Source: Gemmatimonadaceae bacterium (GTDB taxonomy: Bacteria > Gemmatimonadota > Gemmatimonadetes > Gemmatimonadales > Gemmatimonadaceae). Taken from it: DNA of 48,813 nt. Of the stretch, positions 1 to 11,750 are shown piece by piece. Location of the stretch: assembly GCA_041747535.1 (NCBI GenBank), contig JBGTEZ010000239.1, positions 1 through 48,813 on the forward strand, written 5' to 3'. A program made the position numbers and the translations under genes. Each line of letters starts with the position of its first letter. Position 1 is the stretch's first letter. The notes beneath the pieces were generated by a model. That model made no database searches, was not told the origin of the DNA, and saw only the letters and a list, made by a program, of their open reading frames with translations.

Positions 1-21
1 AGACGTGTGCTCTTCCGATCT
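1..21 (+). other. Illumina TruSeq-type adapter remnant (assembly artefact)
   Basis: AGACGTGTGCTCTTCCGATCT matches the 3' end of the Illumina read-2 primer/adapter and sits at the very end of the contig. Confidence 0.97.
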
Positions 22-364
22 TGTGACGCGCGCCGCGCTCCTGGCGAAGAGGTTTCCACGGATCGCGACGGTCGAGCCAGCCGCACGCGACGCGGCCGGA
101 AGGGCGCGCCTGATCGTGAATGCTACACCCATTGGACAGCACGACGACAACCACCCGCTGGAAGTCGACGCGGTCGCGGGACACGCGGCGATAATGGATC
201 TCGTCTACCGCCGCGGTGAAACGCCATGGGTGCGCGCGCTCAGGGAGAGGGGGAATGTCGCTCGCGATGGAATGACGATGCTCCTCGAGCAGGGCGCGCT
301 CTCCTTCCGTCGATGGTTCGGAGTGGAGGCGGACAGGATCGCGATGCGGGAGTCCCTGGGCTAA
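22..364 (+). CDS. aroE: Shikimate dehydrogenase, C-terminal fragment (5' truncated)
   Basis: Motifs LIVNATPIG, DLVY and DGMTMLLEQGALSFRRWFG match the AroE C-terminus. The ORF-track N-terminus MCSSD is adapter-derived. Confidence 0.88.
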
Positions 365-372
365 CCGTCGAC

Positions 373-1116
373 ATGAGGGGGACGTTGCGGGCTCATCTCG
401 CGATTGCGCTCGACCTCCTGCTCCCGCGCGCGTGCGTGTCGTGCGAGGCGCTGCTCTCCCGGCGTGATCCCGGCATCGTGTGCAGCCTTTGCTGGTCGCG
501 GCTGCCCTTGCTGCCGTCCCCGCGGTGCGACCGATGCGGGCATCCGATTCGTTTGTCCTCCTGTCAGTGGTGCGAGCTGCTCCCGCCCTTCGTTCGCGCA
601 GTGAGATCGGTGTGCTGGATGCCGGTCGAGCCCGCGTCGTCGATAGTTCACGCCCTCAAGTACGGAGGGTGGACGAAGGTTTCGTCGGCGATGGCAGAGC
701 GGATGGGACGATTGGATTGGCCTCGAGACGTCATCGAAGAGCGCGCGGCAATCGTGCCGGTTCCGCTTGCTCATTCGCGCATGCGCGAGCGCGGTTACAA
801 CCAGAGCGCTCTCCTTAGCGAGGAGCTTGCCGGGCAGTGGCACATTCCGGTTCGCGAGGTCCTCTCGAGGTCGCGCGCAACCCGCTCGCAGACGGAGTTG
901 ACACCCGAGGAGCGAGTTGGCAACGTAGCCGGCTCGTTCCAACTGAGCGAGCCGGACCACGATATAATTAAAGGAATCCATCTCGTGCTGGTGGACGATG
1001 TGGTGACGACCGCCGCGACGCTCAACGAGTGTGCCCGCGTACTTTACGCTGGCGGCGCGCGGATAATCAGCTACGTGACTTTTGGCCGGGCCCGCGCGAG
1101 CGGTGACCGGCTGTAA
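373..1116 (+). CDS. comF: ComF family protein (double zinc ribbon plus PRTase-like domain)
   Basis: Four CxxC pairs (CVSC, CSLC, CDRC, CQWC), LKY, RGYNQS and [10 protein letters not shown] at 373 follows the aroE stop. Confidence 0.88.
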   Translation: MRGTLRAHLAIALDLLLPRACVSCEALLSRRDPGIVCSLCWSRLPLLPSPRCDRCGHPIRLSSCQWCELLPPFVRAVRSVCWMPVEPASSIVHALKYGGWTKVSSAMAERMGRLDWPRDVIEERAAIVPVPLAHSRMRERGYNQSALLSEELAGQWHIPVREVLSRSRATRSQTELTPEERVGNVAGSFQLSEPDHDIIKGIHLVLVDDVVTTAATLNECARVLYAGGARIISYVTFGRARASGDRL

Positions 1117-1135
1117 CCGAAGGAGCAAGGCAAGA

Positions 1136-2149
1136 ATGGCAACGAGAGTAGGAATCAACGGCTTCGGCCGCATCGGACGACAGGTCCTGCGCGCGGCAAA
1201 GCAGCAGGGCGTCGCCGATCTCGACTTCGTCGCGGTCAACGACCTCACCGACACCCGCACTCTGGCGCACCTGTTCAAATACGACTCGATCCACGGGACC
1301 TATCAGGGCGATGTCGAGGCCGGCAAGGATTCCATCATCGTCGACGGCGACGAGATAAAGATTCTGTCGCAGAAAGATCCCGCCGCTCTGCCGTGGAAAG
1401 ACCTGGGCGTCGACATCGTGCTCGAGTCGACCGGCCGCTTCACCGACGCGCCGAAAGCGCGGGCGCACATCGAGGGCGGCGCGAAAAAGGTCCTCATCTC
1501 GGCGCCCGCCAAGGGCGAGGACATCACCATCGTCATGGGCGTGAACAGCGACAAGTACGACAACGCCAAGCACACCATCGTTTCGAACGCGTCGTGCACC
1601 ACCAATTGCGTCGTCCCGATGGTGAAGGTTATACGCGACACCTTCGGCTTCGTCCATGCTTCGATGGTGACGATTCACAGCTATACGAACGACCAGCAGA
1701 TCCTCGACCTGCCTCACAAGGATCTGCGCCGCGCGCGCGCTGCCGCGCTGTCCATGATCCCGACGACTACCGGCGCCGCGAAGGCGACTGGACTGGTGAT
1801 TCCGGAGGTGAAGGGCAAGATCGACGGCAGCTCGATCCGCGTGCCGACGCCCGACGTCTCGCTGACCTGTCTCACCGTCGAGGTCGAGAAATCCGGAGTC
1901 ACCGTTGAAGCGGTGAACGCCGCATTCAAGCAGGCCGCCGCGGGATCGCTTCAGGGAATTCTCCGTTACACCGAGGAGGAGCTCGTATCCGCCGACTATA
2001 TCGGTGATCCGGCGTCGTGCATACTGGACTCAAAGACTACCAATGTCATCGACGGAAAGCTCGTCGCCGTCCAGGGGTGGTACGACAACGAGTGGGGCTA
2101 CGCATCACGCTGTGTCGACATGCTGCGTTTCATGGGCTCTCGGCTCTAG
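1136..2149 (+). CDS. gap: Type I glyceraldehyde-3-phosphate dehydrogenase, probably NAD-specific
   Basis: [10 protein letters not shown], catalytic ASCTTNC and [12 protein letters not shown] and DLPH are the NAD-type signatures. AGGAG lies upstream of the ATG at 1136. Confidence 0.97.
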   Translation: MATRVGINGFGRIGRQVLRAAKQQGVADLDFVAVNDLTDTRTLAHLFKYDSIHGTYQGDVEAGKDSIIVDGDEIKILSQKDPAALPWKDLGVDIVLESTGRFTDAPKARAHIEGGAKKVLISAPAKGEDITIVMGVNSDKYDNAKHTIVSNASCTTNCVVPMVKVIRDTFGFVHASMVTIHSYTNDQQILDLPHKDLRRARAAALSMIPTTTGAAKATGLVIPEVKGKIDGSSIRVPTPDVSLTCLTVEVEKSGVTVEAVNAAFKQAAAGSLQGILRYTEEELVSADYIGDPASCILDSKTTNVIDGKLVAVQGWYDNEWGYASRCVDMLRFMGSRL

Positions 2150-2161
2150 CCGGGAAGCCCC

Positions 2162-3358
2162 GTGAAAAAGAAGAGCGTCCGGGACCTCCCCGAGGCTGAA
2201 GTGCGCGGCAAGCGCGCGCTCGTGCGCGTCGACTTCAACGTGCCGCTCGACGACGAGTGCCACATTACGAATGACAGTCGCATTCGTGCCGCGATCCCGA
2301 CGCTTCAGCTCCTCGTCGACCGCGGGGCGCGACTCGTCATCCTGTCGCATCTCGGGCGACCGAAAGGAAAGCCCGAGCCGAAGTATTCGCTTCAGCCGGT
2401 GTGCGATCGCCTGAGCGAGCTTCTGCGGCGCCCCGTACAGTTCGTCGAATCGACTGACTCCGATGAAGCGCAGAAGGCGACACACGCGCTCAAACCCGGG
2501 CAGGTGCTGCTTCTCGAGAACACACGCTTTCTCGGCGGCGAGGAGAAGAACGACCCGCGACTTTCGCGCGCGCTGTCCGAGCTGGGTGACTTTTTCGTCA
2601 ACGACGCGTTTGGAGCCGCGCACCGGGCCCATGCTTCGACTGCCGGCGTCGCGGACCACCTGCGGCCTGCAGTGGCCGGCCTGCTCATGGAGAAGGAGCT
2701 CGACTACCTGGGGGGCGCGCTCGACAATCCGAAAAAGCCGTTCGTCGCGATACTCGGCGGCTCAAAAATCTCTGGAAAAATCGACGTCATCGAAAAGCTC
2801 CTTCCCAAAGTCGACGCGCTCCTCATCGGTGGCGCGATGGCGTGCACGTTCTACAAGGCGATGGGACTCGAGACGGGCAAGTCGCTCGTCGAAGCCGATC
2901 GCGTGGAAATGGCGAAGGAGCTCATCGGGCGCGCGGGAACGCGGCTGACGCTGCCGCACGACGCTTTCGTCGCTCCGTCGCTCGAACAAGGAAAATCCGC
3001 GCGGGCGGTTCCCAGGAGCGCCATACCCAGGGATCAGGCGATGTTCGACATCGGGCCGCAGACGGCGGCGTCGTACACGCGGGCGATTGCTTCCGCGCGC
3101 ACCGTGATCTGGAATGGACCGATGGGGGTTTTCGAGACACCGCCGTTCGACGCCGGCACACTGGCGGTGGCCGGAGCAATGGCCGCCGCGACAGCCGGCG
3201 GCGCCATTACGATCGTTGGCGGCGGTGATTCCGCGGCTGCCGTCGAGGAGGCGGGACTGGCGGAAAAGATGAGCCACGTCTCGACGGGTGGAGGCGCTTC
3301 CCTCGAATTCCTCGAGGGCAAAAAGCTTCCCGGCGTCGAAGCGTTGGACGACGCGTGA
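2162..3358 (+). CDS. pgk: Phosphoglycerate kinase
   Basis: RVDFNVP, SHLGRP, DAFGAAHRAH, WNGPMG and STGGGASLEFLEG; lies between gap and tpiA. Confidence 0.97.
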   Translation: MKKKSVRDLPEAEVRGKRALVRVDFNVPLDDECHITNDSRIRAAIPTLQLLVDRGARLVILSHLGRPKGKPEPKYSLQPVCDRLSELLRRPVQFVESTDSDEAQKATHALKPGQVLLLENTRFLGGEEKNDPRLSRALSELGDFFVNDAFGAAHRAHASTAGVADHLRPAVAGLLMEKELDYLGGALDNPKKPFVAILGGSKISGKIDVIEKLLPKVDALLIGGAMACTFYKAMGLETGKSLVEADRVEMAKELIGRAGTRLTLPHDAFVAPSLEQGKSARAVPRSAIPRDQAMFDIGPQTAASYTRAIASARTVIWNGPMGVFETPPFDAGTLAVAGAMAAATAGGAITIVGGGDSAAAVEEAGLAEKMSHVSTGGGASLEFLEGKKLPGVEALDDA

Positions 3359-4110
3359 TGCCAACGCGCCCCGTCCTCGCGGCGAACTGGAAGATGCACC
3401 ACGGCCCCACCGCCGCGGGCGCGTTCATGCAGTCATTTCTCGCCGGATATACGCCCCGTGCGGATCGCACTGTCATCGTATTCCCATCGGCCCTCGCGCT
3501 TGCCGGCGTTGCAGCCGCGGCTTCTTCGCGCCGGGACATTCTGGTTGGCGCGCAAAACATCCACTGGGCGGAAAAGGGAGCCTTCACCGGCGAGATATCC
3601 GCGGAAATGGCAAAAGACGCCGGAGCGGGCATCATTCTCGTCGGCCATTCGGAGCGACGCCACGTCTTTGGGGAAACAGACGCTCAGAGCGCGAAGAAGT
3701 GCGTGGCGGCGACGCGCGTTGGCCTTCCATTCATGCTCTGCGTTGGTGAAAAGATCGAGCAACGCGAAGCGGGCGAGACTGCCTCGGTCGTATCGAGACA
3801 GCTGCGGGAAGGCTTGTCACATGTGCCGAACCTCATCTCCGCCGATTTTCTCCTCGCCTACGAGCCTGTATGGGCGATTGGCACCGGCCTCACCGCGACG
3901 CCGACCGATGCTTCCGCGATTCATACGCTGCTTCGCTCGGAGCTGAGCGCGATGATCGGGACCAGGAGTGACGAGATTCCGATTCTCTACGGCGGGAGCG
4001 TCAGCGTCGCGAACGCACGCGCCCTGCTCGCCGCGCCCGAAATAGATGGTCTGCTCGTGGGCGGCGCCAGCCTCGAACCGTCATCGTGGACGAAGATCGC
4101 CGAGGCTTGA
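3355..4110 (+). CDS. tpiA: Triosephosphate isomerase (start at 3355 or 3358)
   Basis: ANWKM, GHSERR, AYEPVWAIGTG, YGGSV and LVGGASL. Confidence 0.96.
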   Translation: MMPTRPVLAANWKMHHGPTAAGAFMQSFLAGYTPRADRTVIVFPSALALAGVAAAASSRRDILVGAQNIHWAEKGAFTGEISAEMAKDAGAGIILVGHSERRHVFGETDAQSAKKCVAATRVGLPFMLCVGEKIEQREAGETASVVSRQLREGLSHVPNLISADFLLAYEPVWAIGTGLTATPTDASAIHTLLRSELSAMIGTRSDEIPILYGGSVSVANARALLAAPEIDGLLVGGASLEPSSWTKIAEA

Positions 4111-4135
4111 CTCGTCTTCGGGAGCCAATGATATT
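4107..4135 (+). promoter_or_regulatory. Possible sigma70 promoter for secG-carA
   Basis: TTGACT (4107-4112), 17-nt spacer, GATATT (4130-4135); the -10 match is imperfect. Confidence 0.35.
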
Positions 4136-4160
4136 GAATGGCCGAACCCTAACTGAGCCA

Positions 4161-4559
4161 ATGCTTTACACATTTCTGCTGACACTGCTCGTCATCGACT
4201 GCGCAATCGTGATGGGTGCGATACTCCTCCAGAGTGGCAAAGGCGGCGGGCTCGCCGCAAGCTTTGGCGGCGCGAGCTCCTCTCCTGACGCATTCATCGG
4301 AATCCGCCAGGCGGGAAACCTGCTGACCAAATTGAGCTGGTGGGGCGGTGGCGCCTTCCTCGGCCTCGCTTTCATTCTTCAGCTGATGTCCGCCAGGACG
4401 ACTACTCCTCGCTCCGTGCTCGAGCGAGGCCTCGGATCACAGCCGGCCAACACCACCCCGGCCCCGACATCAGCCCCTGCCGTCCCGCTGGAGCCACTGC
4501 CAACAACGCCCAGCGCAGCGACGCCGACGACACCAACTCCCGCCGCTCCTCGACCTTAA
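4161..4559 (+). CDS. secG: Preprotein translocase subunit SecG
   Basis: Two TM segments with ILLQSGKGGGLAASFGG and LTKLS; follows tpiA; Pro/Thr-rich tail. Confidence 0.92.
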   Translation: MLYTFLLTLLVIDCAIVMGAILLQSGKGGGLAASFGGASSSPDAFIGIRQAGNLLTKLSWWGGGAFLGLAFILQLMSARTTTPRSVLERGLGSQPANTTPAPTSAPAVPLEPLPTTPSAATPTTPTPAAPRP

Positions 4560-5690
<1,131 letters not shown>

Positions 5691-5702
5691 CTTCATCCTC
5701 GC

Positions 5703-5731
5703 TTGACACCCTGTCAGTAAAGCCATAACTT
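5703..5731 (+). promoter_or_regulatory. sigma70-type promoter for the HU/IHF gene
   Basis: TTGACA (5703-5708), 17-nt spacer, TAACTT (5726-5731) in an AT-rich intergenic gap. Confidence 0.7.
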
Positions 5732-5777
5732 CAAAGCACTTACGCTATTTACCGGCTTCTCATCCCGGAATTTTTCA

Positions 5778-6098
5778 ATGACTAAAGCCGACCTCGTCGA
5801 GCGTGTCACGGCCCAGATTTCACGCACTGCCGGGCCGATGATCTCAAAGAAGGACTGCGCCCGAGTCGTCGACGCGTTCCTCGAAGCGATCAAGGATTCG
5901 CTCCAGACGCAGGAAAACATTGAGGTGCGCGGATTCGGCACCTTCAAGATCAGGAATAGGAAGACCCGAATGGCGCGCAACCCGCGCACCGGTTCCCCAG
6001 TCGAGGTGTCGGCTCGGCCCGTTCCGGTATTCAAGCCCTCGAAAGAGCTGCGCGCACTCGTCGCGGGGATGGATGTCTCGCAGATGTCCGAAGCGTAA
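5778..6098 (+). CDS. HU/IHF family DNA-binding protein (IHF-beta-like features)
   Basis: MTKADLV, IEVRGFGTF, ARNPRTG and PVFKPSKELR. Confidence 0.93.
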   Translation: MTKADLVERVTAQISRTAGPMISKKDCARVVDAFLEAIKDSLQTQENIEVRGFGTFKIRNRKTRMARNPRTGSPVEVSARPVPVFKPSKELRALVAGMDVSQMSEA

Positions 6099-6131
6099 CG
6101 ACTTAGCTCGTTTCAGGCAGTGGAGGAGCAG

Positions 6132-6377
6132 GTGTCCGTCGTGACGGTGCAGTTGTTCGCCTCCTATGCCGACCTGGTCGGCACGTCCTCACTCAAAGTT
6201 CCCATCCGGGCAGGCGACAATGTCGCCGACCTCCTGCGCACGCTGCGGTCGCTCCCGGCAGCTTCGATGCTCCCCGCCTGCCCGCGAGTCGCGGTCAATC
6301 AGGCCTTCGCCGGTGACAGCACCCTGCTGAAGTCGAGTGATGAGGTCGCGCTCATCCCGCCGGTTGCGGGCGGATGA
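6132..6377 (+). CDS. moaD: Molybdopterin synthase sulfur carrier
   Basis: VQLFA, VAVN and C-terminal IPPVAGG. GGAGG at 6122-6126 precedes the GTG at 6132. Confidence 0.9.
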   Translation: MSVVTVQLFASYADLVGTSSLKVPIRAGDNVADLLRTLRSLPAASMLPACPRVAVNQAFAGDSTLLKSSDEVALIPPVAGG

Positions 6378-6810
6378 GCCGCTCGGCGCTCGTTCAGCGC
6401 GCAATAGACCCGTCTTCGCTCATCGCTGAAGTTTCGGGTTGCGGCTTTGGAGCCGTGTCTCTTTTTCTTGGGACGGTGCGCGAGACCAGCGACGGACGGC
6501 CGGTCGAAGGGATAGACTACACATCCTATGTGGGTATGGCCGAGGCCGAGCTGGCGCGCATCGTTGGAGAGGCTGAGGAGCTGTTCGGTGTTACTTCACT
6601 CGTCGTCGAGCACCGCATCGGTACTCTCGCGCCCGGTGATGTGAGCGTGGGAATCGCGGCTGCGCATGCACACCGGGCGCAGGCGCTCGACGCGGTGCGA
6701 CATGTCATCGAGGAGATAAAAAAGCGCGTGCCCATCTGGAAGCTCGAGCATTACGCCGATGGTACTCGCGGGTGGGTGGATCCTGCCGCGCGGCACGCGG
6801 AGCTCCGGCC

Positions 6811-6814
<4 letters not shown>
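6374..6814 (+). CDS. moaE: Molybdopterin synthase catalytic subunit
   Basis: GAVSLFLGTVR, HRIG, AHR and KKRVPIWKLE. Confidence 0.92.
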
Positions 6815-8775
<1,961 letters not shown>

Positions 8776-8776
<1 letters not shown>

Positions 8777-8925
8777 TGGGCGCCGAAAGGGAATCGCAGG
8801 GCGGAGGAAAGCCGCCGTTCAAGGTCGTCGAGCCTGCACGGCCGAGACGCAATCGGATTATCTGGCTCGCAATCGTGGTTGCTGTCGGGATGATCCTCGC
8901 CTACGCGGCAGGCCTGCTCCGCTAG
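8776..8925 (+). CDS. Small single-pass membrane protein (49 aa), hypothetical
   Basis: TGATG overlap with the mdh stop; basic RPRRNR precedes the hydrophobic IIWLAIVVAVGMILAYAAGLL. Confidence 0.65.
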
Positions 8926-8964
8926 CTGCCGCCAGGTCGTCTCCGGCTCGATGTCGGGCCAGCG

Positions 8965-9243
8965 CTATTTCGTCTCTGAAGCCGGGTTTGACCGCGGGAC
9001 CTTGCCGCGTTCCACTTCGCGGTTGAGGCGGGTCTTCTCGCTTTTCTTCTCCCCCGCGTCGTGCTGCTTGCGGTCCTCGACGAGTCGATGGGCGCCGTTG
9101 TGTCCGGTGCCGTTGGTGCTGGGGCGGCGCACCGCGCCATTGCCAGAGTGAAGCTGCTCGAGAATCTTGTTGCGGGTCTTTGCACCGTGTTCGCCTTCCG
9201 CGTGGTCCTGCGGGCCTTTCTGCACACCGTCGCGATTTTGCAC
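8965..9243 (-). CDS. Small hydrophilic hypothetical protein (about 92 aa; alternative start 9261)
   Basis: Fills the gap downstream of dcd in the same orientation. GGAGG lies 11 nt before the GTG at 9243. Rich in Gly, His, Lys and Glu. Confidence 0.6.
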   Translation of the reverse strand: MQNRDGVQKGPQDHAEGEHGAKTRNKILEQLHSGNGAVRRPSTNGTGHNGAHRLVEDRKQHDAGEKKSEKTRLNREVERGKVPRSNPASETK

Positions 9244-9300
9244 TTTGCTTGCTTCCTCCAATTGCGGTCTCTTTTCTGATGCGGCAAGCCCAGGGCCAAC

Positions 9301-9855
9301 CTACATCCGGGGCAGCGTCACGCCCTGCTGGCCTTGGTACTTACCCTTCTTGTCCTTGTACGATACCTCAGGCGGCTCCTCCCCCTTGAAGAAAAGTACC
9401 TGGGCTATGCCTTCGTTCGCGTAGATCTTGGCCGGAAGGGGGGTGGTGTTGGAAATCTCGAGCGTGACGAACCCCTCCCATTCCGGCTCGAACGGCGTGA
9501 CGTTGGTGATGATGCCACAGCGCGCGTATGTGGACTTTCCCACGGTGATCGTTACCACGTCGCGCGGAATCCGGAAATATTCGACCGACCGGCCGAGCGC
9601 GAATGAGTTCGGCGGCACGATACATACATCACCTTCGAACTCGACGAAGGACTTGGGGTCGAAGTTCTTCGGGTCGACGATCGAGTTGAGGACGTTGGTG
9701 AAGATCCGGAACTCCGGCGCGACTCGCATGTCGTATCCGTACGAGCTGACGCCGTAGGAGATTACGCCTGCTCTCACCTGGCGGCCTTCGAAGGGCTCGA
9801 TCATCCCGTGCTCTTTGGCCATTCGGGTGATCCAGCGATCCGACTGAATTGACAT
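9301..9855 (-). CDS. dcd: dCTP deaminase
   Basis: [34 protein letters not shown] and KYQGQ. Confidence 0.95.
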   Translation of the reverse strand: MSIQSDRWITRMAKEHGMIEPFEGRQVRAGVISYGVSSYGYDMRVAPEFRIFTNVLNSIVDPKNFDPKSFVEFEGDVCIVPPNSFALGRSVEYFRIPRDVVTITVGKSTYARCGIITNVTPFEPEWEGFVTLEISNTTPLPAKIYANEGIAQVLFFKGEEPPEVSYKDKKGKYQGQQGVTLPRM

Positions 9856-9962
9856 TTCTGTGAATTTGGTTTTGGGGGGCGCTGCAAAATCGGCGGGTAG
9901 CCAAGGGTGTTTCGAGGTGAATGTACGATTTTCGCACCGACATTGCTACCGATTCTCGCCCG

Positions 9963-9991
9963 TTGAATTACCTGACAGCCGACGGTAAATT
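9963..9991 (+). promoter_or_regulatory. sigma70-type promoter of the nuo operon
   Basis: TTGAAT (9963-9968), 17-nt spacer, TAAATT (9986-9991), ending 45 nt before the nuoA ATG. Confidence 0.65.
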
Positions 9992-10005
9992 CCTGAAAAT
10001 CCCGC

Positions 10006-10023
10006 TAGTGAAATTTTTCACGA
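10006..10023. promoter_or_regulatory. Rex-type (or CRP-family) palindromic operator upstream of nuoA
   Basis: TAGTGAA-ATTT-TTCACGA has 2 mismatches to the Rex consensus TTGTGAA-N4-TTCACAA and lies between the promoter and the ATG. Confidence 0.7.
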
Positions 10024-10036
10024 AGTCCGGAACCCC

Positions 10037-10441
10037 ATGGCGCGCGCATACTTCCCGGTCCTGATGCTGCTCGGTTTCGTCGCCATCAATGCGGTGTTGA
10101 TGGTCGCGGCATCGACCCTCCTCCTGCGCTCGCGCCCGACGCCGGTCAAGCAGCAGGCCTACGAGTCAGGTGTTCCCGCCCTTGGAGATGCGCGCGAGCG
10201 GTTCTCCGTCCGGTTTTATCTGGTGGCGATCCTGTTCATCATCTTCGACATCGAAACCGTCTTCATGATTCCGTGGGCGGTCTACTACAAGCAGCTCTCC
10301 TGCTTCGTGCCGCTCGTAAACGACGTCTGCCCCGTCGGCAACATCTCGTTCTTCGGACTTGGCGAGATGCTCGTGTTCATGGCAATACTCCTCGTGGGGT
10401 TCATCTACGTGTGGAAAAAAGGAGCGCTGCAATGGGATTGA
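10037..10441 (+). CDS. nuoA: NADH-quinone oxidoreductase subunit A
   Basis: [25 protein letters not shown] and KGALQW. Confidence 0.95.
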   Translation: MARAYFPVLMLLGFVAINAVLMVAASTLLLRSRPTPVKQQAYESGVPALGDARERFSVRFYLVAILFIIFDIETVFMIPWAVYYKQLSCFVPLVNDVCPVGNISFFGLGEMLVFMAILLVGFIYVWKKGALQWD

Positions 10442-11058
10442 GCGCGCCGGGGGACCGCAGCACCGTTTCGTACGCACCCGAATCGCAGGAAGGGTGGGTA
10501 GCGACGCGACTCGATTTCCTGGTGAATTGGAGCCGGGCGAACTCACTTTGGCCGATGCCGTTCGGCACTGCGTGCTGCGCGATCGAGTTCATGGCGACCG
10601 CGGCGAGCGACTTCGATCTCGCGCGTTTCGGCATGGAGCGCATGAGCTTCTCTCCGCGCCAGGCCGACGTGCTCATCTGCGCCGGCCGGGTGCCATTCAA
10701 GCTGGCACCGATCATCCGCCGCATCTGGCAGCAGATGCCGCAGCCGAAATGGTGCATCTCGATGGGTGCGTGCGCTTCCACCGGAGGAATGTTCGACAAC
10801 TACGCGGTGGTGCAGGGAATCGACACGATCATTCCCGTCGATGTGTACGTGCCGGGATGTCCGCCCCGGCCGGAGGGGCTCATCTACGGAATCCGGATGC
10901 TCCAGGAAAAAGTGATGAACGAGCGCGCCGCCGACACCCGGACGCGCGACGAGATGGAGCCCGATCCGGAAAGTCAGCTTTACATACCGCCGTCGGTGAT
11001 CGACGAGCTTGGCGAGCCGTTCGGCAATTCCGTGCACCAGACAAGGTCCGCGCCGTGA
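10432..11058 (+). CDS. nuoB: NADH-quinone oxidoreductase subunit B
   Basis: [20 protein letters not shown] and PGCPPRPE (cluster N2 ligands). Confidence 0.96.
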   Translation: MGLSAPGDRSTVSYAPESQEGWVATRLDFLVNWSRANSLWPMPFGTACCAIEFMATAASDFDLARFGMERMSFSPRQADVLICAGRVPFKLAPIIRRIWQQMPQPKWCISMGACASTGGMFDNYAVVQGIDTIIPVDVYVPGCPPRPEGLIYGIRMLQEKVMNERAADTRTRDEMEPDPESQLYIPPSVIDELGEPFGNSVHQTRSAP

Positions 11059-11750
11059 CGCCGTTCGACGTCGTCGATACCGGCACCGGAGCGCCGGGAC
11101 CCCAGCCCGTCACTCCCAGAAATCTTCCTCACCGGGGCGGTGAGGCAAATCCGTCCGCACGCGCGCTCGCGGACAAGTTCGGCGCCGCCGTCGCGCGCGT
11201 CGACGTGGTTTGGGGTGAGACAGTGGTGTTCATTGATCCGGGCTCGGTCAAGGCAATCATCCGCTGGCTCCACGACGACCCTTCGCAACAATACGACTAT
11301 CTGAGCGACGTCACCGCGGTCGAATACCGGGACGCTGAAGTGCCGATCGAAGTGGTCTGGCATCTCCGCTCTCTTCCGTTCAGGCGCTTTCTGCGAATAA
11401 AGGCCGAGCTCCGCAAAGGCCATCCGCTCGAGATCGACAGCATATACGACATTTATCGCGGGGCCGATTGGCTCGAGCGCGAGTGTTACGACATGTTCGG
11501 GATTCGATTCAACGGGCACCCCGATCTCAGGCGAATTCTGATGTGGGAGTCCTACAAGGAGGGCTTTCCGCTCCGTAAGGACTTTCCGCTGCGCGGACGC
11601 TTCAGTCGCTCGGAGCAGCTGCGGCAGGCGCTCGCCCAGAATCCCGAAGCTCGCTACTCAATGGAGGAGCTCTCGATCGCCGATGCGTTCGCTGAGCTGC
11701 CGGAAGACATGCGCGAGCGTCTGAATAAAGGCGAGAGGACCGGCGAGTAG
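11055..11750 (+). CDS. nuoC: NADH-quinone oxidoreductase subunit C
   Basis: [23 protein letters not shown] and PLRKDFP. The GTG overlaps the nuoB stop. Confidence 0.94.
   Translation: MTPFDVVDTGTGAPGPQPVTPRNLPHRGGEANPSARALADKFGAAVARVDVVWGETVVFIDPGSVKAIIRWLHDDPSQQYDYLSDVTAVEYRDAEVPIEVVWHLRSLPFRRFLRIKAELRKGHPLEIDSIYDIYRGADWLERECYDMFGIRFNGHPDLRRILMWESYKEGFPLRKDFPLRGRFSRSEQLRQALAQNPEARYSMEELSIADAFAELPEDMRERLNKGERTGE

Noticed and set aside
991-1020. ComF PRPP loop reads TTAAT instead of TTGAT
   Set aside because: A single conservative change with no supporting context; not enough to infer altered function.
4440-4559. Pro/Thr/Ala-rich low-complexity stretch, and a possible tRNA after secG
   Set aside because: It is the coding tail of SecG, not a DNA repeat. 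carA starts immediately after the stop, leaving no room for a tRNA.
8926-8964. Hairpin between convergent genes as a terminator
   Set aside because: The stem is only about 6 bp and imperfect (GGCTCG/CGGGCC), with no convincing U-tract.
9858-9940. Additional GTGAA half-sites in the dcd-nuoA intergenic region
   Set aside because: Neither has a matching TTCAC half at Rex/CRP spacing.
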